NCBI GenBank assembly: GCA_016215455.1
Contig: JACRJP010000004.1
Coordinates: forward strand, 91,787 to 155,786
Length of the DNA stretch: 64,000 nucleotides
Reading direction: 5' to 3'
Origin: Candidatus Tayloriibacteriota bacterium
Lineage (GTDB): Bacteria; Patescibacteriota; Minisyncoccia; Phycocordibacterales; PALSA-1337
Shown here one piece after another: positions 57,502-64,000 of this stretch (within the stretch, counting starts at the first letter, position 1; the number at the start of each line of letters is the position of its first letter). A program made the translations under genes and the position numbers. The notes below the pieces were generated by a model. That model worked only from the letters and a program-made list of their open reading frames with translations. It had not been told where the DNA came from and did no database searches.

Positions 57502-58524
57502 ATGATGTCATTCTTTATCCAAGCACCAAAATCTTTACGTATTATATTTTCGATACTCTTCCTATGTCTCCTATTTTCTGCTGGATGGTTGACTGGCACA
57601 TGGTACGACAATTATGTTGTCCATACACTAACACAAGACACTCCTGTACGTGAAAATTCTCCTGACTTTAAATATATCAACCCTCTTCTATTTGTCGATA
57701 ACTCTCGAGAAGATTTTCCTGAGTACAGTTCTCTTGAAGAAGAGATAGAAAACTACACAAAAAAAGCTATAGCCGTAGGTGATGCCAAAAAAATATCAGT
57801 ATATTTTCGTGATCTCAACTCATCACACTGGGGCGGAGTGAACAAAGATGAACTCTACGCACCATCAAGCATGCTCAAGGTCGCAGTACTCCTCAGTTAT
57901 CTTAAATTATCAGAAAAAAATCCAGACACTCTTTCAAAAAACATACTGTATCAACGTAAAGATACCTATGGTGAATACTACACACCAAAATATCTTACCA
58001 ATGGCAACCATTCAACACTTGAGCTATTACAAAATATGATTATTGAGTCAGATAATTCTGCCATGTCAGCACTTGTTGCTCTACACCAAGATGAAATCAT
58101 TAAACTCTACCAAGATCTACAACTCCCTGATTTACTCGAAAGCGCTGATGATTTTATGTCAGTAGAAGATTATTCATATATATTCCGAGCTCTTTATAAT
58201 TCAACATATCTAAAACGAAATTTTTCTGAACAAGCTCTCAAACTTCTTACATATACAAAATTTGATAAAGGGATAGTTGCCGGTGTCAGTGCATCAACAA
58301 CAATTGCCCATAAATTTGGAGAGCATACCCTTACCGATACAACAGGAAAAATTATTGAACGCCAACTACACGATTGTGGCATCATATATTACCCACAAAA
58401 ACCTTACCTTCTCTGCGTCATGACAAAAGGTGAAGATTTTAAGAATCTTGAGACTGTTATTGCAAAAATATCAGAAATGGTATTTACCTTTACAAAAAAC
58501 ATCAATATTCGGGATACTCTTTAA
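57502..58524 (+). CDS. membrane-anchored class A beta-lactamase-like serine hydrolase
   Basis: N-terminal TM; SxxK (SSMLK), SDN (ESDNSA) and KxG-like (HKFG) motifs. Confidence 0.55.
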   Translation: MMSFFIQAPKSLRIIFSILFLCLLFSAGWLTGTWYDNYVVHTLTQDTPVRENSPDFKYINPLLFVDNSREDFPEYSSLEEEIENYTKKAIAVGDAKKISVYFRDLNSSHWGGVNKDELYAPSSMLKVAVLLSYLKLSEKNPDTLSKNILYQRKDTYGEYYTPKYLTNGNHSTLELLQNMIIESDNSAMSALVALHQDEIIKLYQDLQLPDLLESADDFMSVEDYSYIFRALYNSTYLKRNFSEQALKLLTYTKFDKGIVAGVSASTTIAHKFGEHTLTDTTGKIIERQLHDCGIIYYPQKPYLLCVMTKGEDFKNLETVIAKISEMVFTFTKNINIRDTL

Positions 58525-58601
58525 AAACCAATTATTCAACCAGGTAATTTTGATAGCTAATGAGAACATGTCATAATGACAGTACGTAATACAATAATCA
58601 T

Positions 58602-59021
58602 ATGAAAAAAATACTCACCATATCATCATTCTTTGCAATTATTGCTGGAATCATACTTGTCATCGGGGGTGTCTGGGGCATCTTTTTTACTTACAAAAAT
58701 ATTACACAAGAAAAAATAGTAACTCCAGCAGACGCAACTATTTCACAACAACCAGTACGTGGACCTTTTACACTGAAAGCACAAGCTGACATTATTCGAA
58801 AACACGTACTTGCAACAACTGGAGGAAAAACATATGCCGAAATGTCACGTGAGGATGCAAATCGCAATCTTTGGATCACCGCAACAACTCTTACAACCGC
58901 ACTCAATCTAGGTATCTTAACCTATGTATTCTCTGGTCTCATTCTCCTATTTGGTTGTGTATCAATCTGGACTGGTGTCATTTTTTACGCATTACGATCT
59001 CGAAAAAACAATTTTGCATAA
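58602..59021 (+). CDS. membrane protein (hypothetical)
   Basis: N- and C-terminal TM helices; 139 aa. Confidence 0.35.
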   Translation: MKKILTISSFFAIIAGIILVIGGVWGIFFTYKNITQEKIVTPADATISQQPVRGPFTLKAQADIIRKHVLATTGGKTYAEMSREDANRNLWITATTLTTALNLGILTYVFSGLILLFGCVSIWTGVIFYALRSRKNNFA

Positions 59022-59043
59022 GATAGAAGTCACGAAAATCCTC

Positions 59044-59559
59044 ATGAGAACACAAACGATTCGAGTCAACGACCGCATGCAAAAAGAGTACAGCTATGAG
59101 TTGACTGAACCTACTGGTAAAAACTTCGATCCGCAATTCAAACCTCCTCTCACACCACAACAGATGCTTGAACTTGGAGTATTCGGGGGTGTATACATGC
59201 GTGACTGTACCAAAGAATTTCCAGAAAGCTGGTTTACTTCTGCAAAATTTCAGGATAAGAATTCATACAAACCAAATCCAAAACTCAACTATTTTGGTGT
59301 AAACGCATCACAACCACTTTCTGTATGGCGAGCAAAAGGATGGATTTACAAAGATGATCCTCGTGGATGGTTTCAATGGTATTGTCGTTATTACCTTGGT
59401 CGACGATGTCCTGATGATACACGCCAAATCAAGCGCTGGCTTGCAATGCGTCGACATATCATGCAAATCAAAAATAATTGCAGAGCAGGAGATATTAACT
59501 GTCGCCGAAAGCAACGACAAGCGCTCCTTCACTGGGCATACGATAGTAGAAATTTGTAG
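59044..59559 (+). CDS. hypothetical protein (basic, Trp/Cys-rich C-terminus)
   Basis: Internal ATG at 59044 chosen to avoid overlap with the upstream gene. Confidence 0.35.
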   Translation: MRTQTIRVNDRMQKEYSYELTEPTGKNFDPQFKPPLTPQQMLELGVFGGVYMRDCTKEFPESWFTSAKFQDKNSYKPNPKLNYFGVNASQPLSVWRAKGWIYKDDPRGWFQWYCRYYLGRRCPDDTRQIKRWLAMRRHIMQIKNNCRAGDINCRRKQRQALLHWAYDSRNL

Positions 59560-59571
59560 TGTCTAAGAAGC

Positions 59572-60189
59572 TTATGAAACCTTCTTAATCTTATTTTCAT
59601 CGGCGACTCTCCATAATATCTTGGCAGCATAGGTACGATATGGAGCCCATGATTTTGAGAGTTGTACCATCTTCTTTTGACTTGGTAATTTTCGAAGACC
59701 GTAAATATACATAATCCCCTTCTGAAGACCGAGGTCTCCTGTAGAAAAAATATCTTCACGACCAAGGGAGAACATTAGGATCATTTCTGCTGTCCAAGGA
59801 CCAATACCTTTTACTTTCGTTAATGTTGTAATAACTTCATCATCTTGAAGATGATGAATATTTGTAAGATTAAGATGGGCTTGTTCAACCGCCTGAGCAA
59901 GACTTTTTATAGCTATGATTTTTGCATTTGAAAAACCACACTCGCGGAGTGCTCCATCATTTATTTTAAGCACATGAGGAGCTATGAACTTTTTCTTCCC
60001 TAACAACTTTTCTAATCTACCAAATATTGTATCGGCAGCCTTGCCTGATAATTGTTGTGAAGCAATCGCTCGAACAAGATCACGAAACACGTTATCTGAT
60101 ATTTTAATCGTATCAATCTTGTGTACTAAAGAAGCCCTGTACAGAATCGGGTCCGTCCTTTTGAAATGTTGCTGGGCTTTATGATACAT
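59572..60189 (-). CDS. HhH-GPD DNA glycosylase (AlkA/3-methyladenine glycosylase II-like)
   Basis: Helix-hairpin-helix VKGIGPWTAEM followed by the catalytic Asp (STGD). Confidence 0.7.
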   Translation of the reverse strand: MYHKAQQHFKRTDPILYRASLVHKIDTIKISDNVFRDLVRAIASQQLSGKAADTIFGRLEKLLGKKKFIAPHVLKINDGALRECGFSNAKIIAIKSLAQAVEQAHLNLTNIHHLQDDEVITTLTKVKGIGPWTAEMILMFSLGREDIFSTGDLGLQKGIMYIYGLRKLPSQKKMVQLSKSWAPYRTYAAKILWRVADENKIKKVS

Positions 60190-60194
60190 ACTCT

Positions 60195-60707
60195 TTACAC
60201 CTTATCACTCGCATAGCGTTTTTTACGATACCAATATACCGCATATATAAGAATAAGGAATCCTACGTTCGTAAAAAATATAATTGGTGTTGACCAGGGT
60301 ATTCCATTAATCGGAGTAAATGCAAATGGCCATAAATATGGTGTAGGGAAAAATTCTGTCGAATGTGTAAAGAGATCAAGAAATATATGAAATGGCCACG
60401 CAAGCATTTCCCATATTGGTCGTTTAAACAATGCCCATACAATACAAAATACGAGTATGAATATAACAAAGCTGTGTGTGATGTCATAAAGACCACTCAC
60501 ATACTGGGGAATCTCAGCAAGATCGGGTTTACCTGAACGTATGTGCCAAGTACCCGTGAAGGCCGAACGAATAAGTCTTTCTAAGAAAAGAATACCGAAT
60601 GAAAGAAAATCGGGACCAATACCGAAAACAAAACTCGCCCAAAAGCTTTTTTTATTTTTTCTACCAAAAATAATACCTCCCCAAAGTCCGTGTGAAAGAA
60701 TATCCAT
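60195..60707 (-). CDS. membrane-bound metal-dependent hydrolase (DUF457/YdjM-like)
   Basis: MDILSHGLWGG N-terminus and His-rich TM helices. Confidence 0.5.
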   Translation of the reverse strand: MDILSHGLWGGIIFGRKNKKSFWASFVFGIGPDFLSFGILFLERLIRSAFTGTWHIRSGKPDLAEIPQYVSGLYDITHSFVIFILVFCIVWALFKRPIWEMLAWPFHIFLDLFTHSTEFFPTPYLWPFAFTPINGIPWSTPIIFFTNVGFLILIYAVYWYRKKRYASDKV

Positions 60708-60737
60708 GAGAGAAGTATAGCAAAAAATATTAAAAAA

Positions 60738-60766
60738 TTGCCTTTATTAAAAGAAAAGCGTAATCT
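60738..60766 (+). promoter_or_regulatory. sigma70-like promoter (TTGCCT-N17-TAATCT)
   Basis: -35 at 60738-43 and -10 at 60761-66. Confidence 0.45.
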
Positions 60767-60798
60767 GTGACTAGAAAACAACTTTACAGTCTTAGGGT

Positions 60799-61356
60799 AT
60801 GGAACCAGACCTAAAACAATTTCACACATGGCACCTCATTCGGGCCATACTGTTACGAGCAAGTGCTCAGTATCACAGTGCAGGAATATCATCAGGTCGA
60901 TCTCATGCTTCATATGTCTATGACGCATGGGCACTCACCTTCCCTTACTCGGGACCCCAACTTCTCGATACTCCCATCGAAAAACTCAGGGATGAGTTAT
61001 TGCAACGTGATCCGCTAATCAAAAATGGCCAACAAGTTTTTTGTTTTGACCTCAGAGGACTTAGCTCAGCTGAGATTACGGCAGTGACAATACACTGCAT
61101 GGCGGAATGTCATTCGTATCTCTCAACCGACGGATATCATCTACATGATGCCGTTACCGCAACGGACACTGTCATTGATTTCTTTGGAAAAGTTCGCGCA
61201 GACTTAGCCGGATTTATTCCTAGAAATCTCGAAAAGAGACGTCGTCACCTTAACCCTTCTGAAATTCCAGAACTCAAAGGCTTAGTCGAGGAACTCAATC
61301 ATCGCCGGGATCTCATCGTCATTGACCCCTACAAAGGCATTCAACCCAAGAGCTGA
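60799..61356 (+). CDS. hypothetical protein (G+C-rich islet)
   Basis: 185-aa ORF ~30 nt downstream of the promoter. Confidence 0.4.
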   Translation: MEPDLKQFHTWHLIRAILLRASAQYHSAGISSGRSHASYVYDAWALTFPYSGPQLLDTPIEKLRDELLQRDPLIKNGQQVFCFDLRGLSSAEITAVTIHCMAECHSYLSTDGYHLHDAVTATDTVIDFFGKVRADLAGFIPRNLEKRRRHLNPSEIPELKGLVEELNHRRDLIVIDPYKGIQPKS

Positions 61357-61362
61357 ATACTC

Positions 61363-61749
61363 TTATTTTTTATTCTCTTCCGGATTAAGATCGAGACACA
61401 CTGAGTTTAAACAATAACGTTTGCCTGTTACTGTTGGACCATCATTAAATACATGCCCGAGATGTGAACCGCATTTTGCACAAACCACTTCAATTCGCTG
61501 CATTCCATGACTTTGATCGATAATTTCTTTGACTGCACCTGGTAATGCCTGATCAAAAGAAGGCCAACCTGTACCACTATCAAACTTAGCTGTTGAAGGA
61601 AATAGTGGACTACTACACACCTTACACATATATGTACCTGATTTCTTCTCGTGAAGAAGCTTGCCACTAAAAGGCGCTTCGGTTCCCTTCTCACGGAGTA
61701 CATGATATTCCTCGGGTGTTAATTTTTGTTTAAGTTCTTGTTCGTTCAT
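61363..61749 (-). CDS. msrB: peptide-methionine (R)-S-oxide reductase
   Basis: GTGWPSF, CxxC zinc pairs, catalytic RYCINS-like region. Confidence 0.9.
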   Translation of the reverse strand: MNEQELKQKLTPEEYHVLREKGTEAPFSGKLLHEKKSGTYMCKVCSSPLFPSTAKFDSGTGWPSFDQALPGAVKEIIDQSHGMQRIEVVCAKCGSHLGHVFNDGPTVTGKRYCLNSVCLDLNPEENKK

Positions 61750-61761
61750 ATAAAAATTATA

Positions 61762-62415
61762 TCATAGCGACTTATCTACCTTTTGTTCTTCTAAAAACTT
61801 CTTACCATGTCCAACATGTGTATTAATAAGGACTCCTTTCTTACACAATGGACAGTTTGCAGCTTCATACGAAACAACCTTGAATTCAGCAAGAGAATCG
61901 ATGGGAACCCCCAGATCTTTTGAATTGACCAATTCTGGATCTTTATTAACCATGACACATATCGCCTCGATAATTCCACCAGCCTTCTTAACACTCATCA
62001 CGGTTTTTTCTATAGATCCTCCAGTGGTCGCAAGGTCTTCAATAACCAAAATTCTTTTCCCTTGTACAAAAGCATCATACCCTCGAGTAAATATTTGATT
62101 TTTCGCAGCATCTTTTTCGGTATACACACCAAGTACTTCTCTACCAGTAAACTTTGATAAAGAATGCGCCGTCCATTGAGATAAGATAATTCCCCCGAGA
62201 GCAGGGGCAACGACAACATCAATATTTCGATCTTTATATTTAAGAGCAAACATTTCTCCTACTTGTGCCACAGCACTCGTATGAGGAAAAAGCATATCTT
62301 TATTAACATATGTATCAAAATGTCGACCTGATGTGCCAACAAAATGGTCAGGACCTACAATAGCACCCACACTTCTCAAAATTTCTATAACATCTTTCAT
62401 AGCAATAGACTTCAT
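61762..62415 (-). CDS. type I phosphoribosyltransferase (orotate PRTase-like)
   Basis: PRPP-binding motif ILVIEDLATTGGSI. Confidence 0.6.
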   Translation of the reverse strand: MKSIAMKDVIEILRSVGAIVGPDHFVGTSGRHFDTYVNKDMLFPHTSAVAQVGEMFALKYKDRNIDVVVAPALGGIILSQWTAHSLSKFTGREVLGVYTEKDAAKNQIFTRGYDAFVQGKRILVIEDLATTGGSIEKTVMSVKKAGGIIEAICVMVNKDPELVNSKDLGVPIDSLAEFKVVSYEAANCPLCKKGVLINTHVGHGKKFLEEQKVDKSL

Positions 62416-62951
62416 TTTAACAACTGTGCAAATCTCTTTTGTAATTTCTCAAGTTTGGGCGCGATAACAATCTGACAATATGGAGCATCTGCATGATTGT
62501 CATAGTATTCATGATGATAATCTTCAGCTTCATAGAACTCGATAAGCGGTACAATTTCAGTTACAACTGGTTTTTCATATGCTTGTGCAGCATTCAGTTC
62601 TTTGACTAAAGATTCAGCTTTTTGTCGCTGTTCATCACTGGTATAAAAGATAGTAGAACGATACTGGGTACCAACATCATTTCCCTGTCGATTGAGTGTT
62701 GTTGGATCATGTGTATTAAAAAATACCGCAAGTAAATCATCGTAGGTAATGATCGTAGGATCATAGATAATTTTAATTCCTTCGGCATGACCAGTATTAC
62801 CGTTTGAAACTTGTTCATATGTTGGATTTTTTATCGTCCCTCCAACATACCCTGGTTTCACTGACTGAACCCCCTTAAGCATCGCAAAGACTGCTTCAGT
62901 ACACCAAAAACATCCATTAGCAAACACTGCGGTTGTGAGATTAGTCTCCAT
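62412..62951 (-). CDS. msrA: peptide-methionine (S)-S-oxide reductase
   Basis: GCFWCTEAVF active-site motif. Confidence 0.9.
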   Translation of the reverse strand: METNLTTAVFANGCFWCTEAVFAMLKGVQSVKPGYVGGTIKNPTYEQVSNGNTGHAEGIKIIYDPTIITYDDLLAVFFNTHDPTTLNRQGNDVGTQYRSTIFYTSDEQRQKAESLVKELNAAQAYEKPVVTEIVPLIEFYEAEDYHHEYYDNHADAPYCQIVIAPKLEKLQKRFAQLLK

Positions 62952-63080
62952 GAGATAAGTATAACAAAAAATAATTCCAACAACTCTTTTTACACTACTT
63001 CATCAAAGATATTTACACATATGATATTATGTGGTACTCTACCAACCAGGTCAGAACAACATCATACACAGTCGAATCGA

Positions 63081-63452
63081 ATGAAATCGCCAGTTCTTAT
63101 CATCCAGACATCACAAACGGGTTTGGCCCTGACAAAGAAGAGCTTGAAAAAAGCTGGGTTAATTGAAGACCAAGACTTCGTGATCACCGATAATCCGACA
63201 TCTCTGGAATCACAAGTGATCGCCGATACGCCACAACTACTCATTACGGGGATGTTTAACGGCAACAGCATCGCTGCAACGGCCTTTGTCCAAAAGATGA
63301 AAAAGGTGAACACGAAGCTTAAAGTGGGAGCCTTTTCATCTGGGGATATTCTCTCCGGAGAACCCTATGATGTGGTGCTTCACAAAGGCATCGGGGTGAA
63401 TTTTGCACAAACACTCGTCGATGCGGTGAAAAATTTCTTGACCGCCAAATAG
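63081..63452 (+). CDS. hypothetical protein (G+C-rich); start uncertain (track 63021)
   Basis: ORF MKSPVLIIQTSQTG... downstream of a TTTACA-N17-TACTCT promoter-like site. Confidence 0.3.
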   Translation: MKSPVLIIQTSQTGLALTKKSLKKAGLIEDQDFVITDNPTSLESQVIADTPQLLITGMFNGNSIAATAFVQKMKKVNTKLKVGAFSSGDILSGEPYDVVLHKGIGVNFAQTLVDAVKNFLTAK

Positions 63453-63481
63453 TTTCAAGGCGCGAATCAAGGCTTTTTATT

Positions 63482-64000
63482 TTATCCAATACAATCCAAT
63501 AATTCCTGTCTGCCCTCTTTCGTTTTTGAACTACACGGAACAATATGAGCCTGAGGGAGAAGATTGGCAATAACTTTCATAGCTGCTACTTTCTCATTAC
63601 CGCTTAATTTATCAATCTTATTCGCAGCAACAATAACTTCTACCCCGTCATTTTTAAGCGTTGTATATACTTCTACATCTTGAGGTGAAGGACCAACAAC
63701 AGCATCAAGTACTAATACAATTTTTCGTTGTGGTAAAGGAAGTGAAAGATACCAAACAATTAACTTCTCGAGAGCTTGTCGTTCAACCAAAGGAATATTT
63801 GCAAAGCCATAACCAGGAACATCAACAAAATAATATTTTTTATTTACCAAAAAAAAGTTGATCTCTTGTGTCTTACCTGGTGTCTTCCCTGTCTTTACCA
63901 AATCTTTCTGACTCAATAAAGTATTCATGAGACTTGATTTACCGACATTTGAACGACCAATAAAACCTGTATGAGGCATATCAACAAGAGGATCAGTTCC
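63482..64000 (-). CDS. engB: ribosome-biogenesis GTPase EngB/YsxC (5' end probably beyond the window)
   Basis: G1 GRSNVGKSSLMN, G3 DVPGYG, G4 NKID. Reading frame stays open to the window edge. Confidence 0.75.
   Translation of the reverse strand, partial: GTDPLVDMPHTGFIGRSNVGKSSLMNTLLSQKDLVKTGKTPGKTQEINFFLVNKKYYFVDVPGYGFANIPLVERQALEKLIVWYLSLPLPQRKIVLVLDAVVGPSPQDVEVYTTLKNDGVEVIVAANKIDKLSGNEKVAAMKVIANLLPQAHIVPCSSKTKEGRQELLDCIG

Noticed and set aside
1-64000. CRISPR arrays, rRNA genes, IS transposases or integrases
   Set aside because: No regularly spaced short repeats, no rRNA-like conserved blocks, and no DDE or tyrosine-recombinase motifs were seen in any frame.
1-64000. Alternative genetic code (UGA recoding, as in some CPR lineages)
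   Set aside because: Conserved genes (murF, lysS, copA, rsmH etc.) translate full-length with standard stops and no in-frame TGA within conserved domains.

Overview
The window is AT-rich bacterial chromosome with mostly housekeeping content: a dcw block (mraZ-rsmH-ftsL-PBP-murF), lysS, greA, a second PBP with mreBCD, proS, rseP, frr, holB-like, a protein-glycosylation trio, HTH-murA, priA-like, def-fmt, hpf, two tRNAs, a csoR/copA copper operon, msrA/msrB and a partial engB. Small genes, sparse Shine-Dalgarno use and degenerate replication proteins are reminiscent of Patescibacteria/CPR, but that is inference only. Several short islands with visibly higher G+C sit inside this backbone. Each carries a near-consensus TTGACA-N17-TAATTT/TATAAT promoter and an unrelated hypothetical ORF. 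One island is inserted at the 3' end of an mreB paralog and is flanked by a 36-bp direct repeat that rebuilds the gene end. The most striking accessory region is a very AT-rich, translationally coupled four-gene minus-strand operon at 42556..48520. It encodes a fused Type IIG restriction-modification enzyme (PD-ExK + NPPY MTase), a 323-aa protein with an HEPN-like Rx4H motif, a 106-aa protein, and a DUF2779-type predicted nuclease. This looks like a composite defense module. Other notable items are an XRE-HTH::MurA fusion preceded by a perfect 16-bp palindrome, a PriA homolog lacking Walker A/DEEH motifs, a duplicated ~120-170 bp intergenic element ending in terminator hairpins, and two paralogous promoter-driven micro-ORFs with RGDxD C-termini. 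No CRISPR array, rRNA or recognisable transposase was seen.
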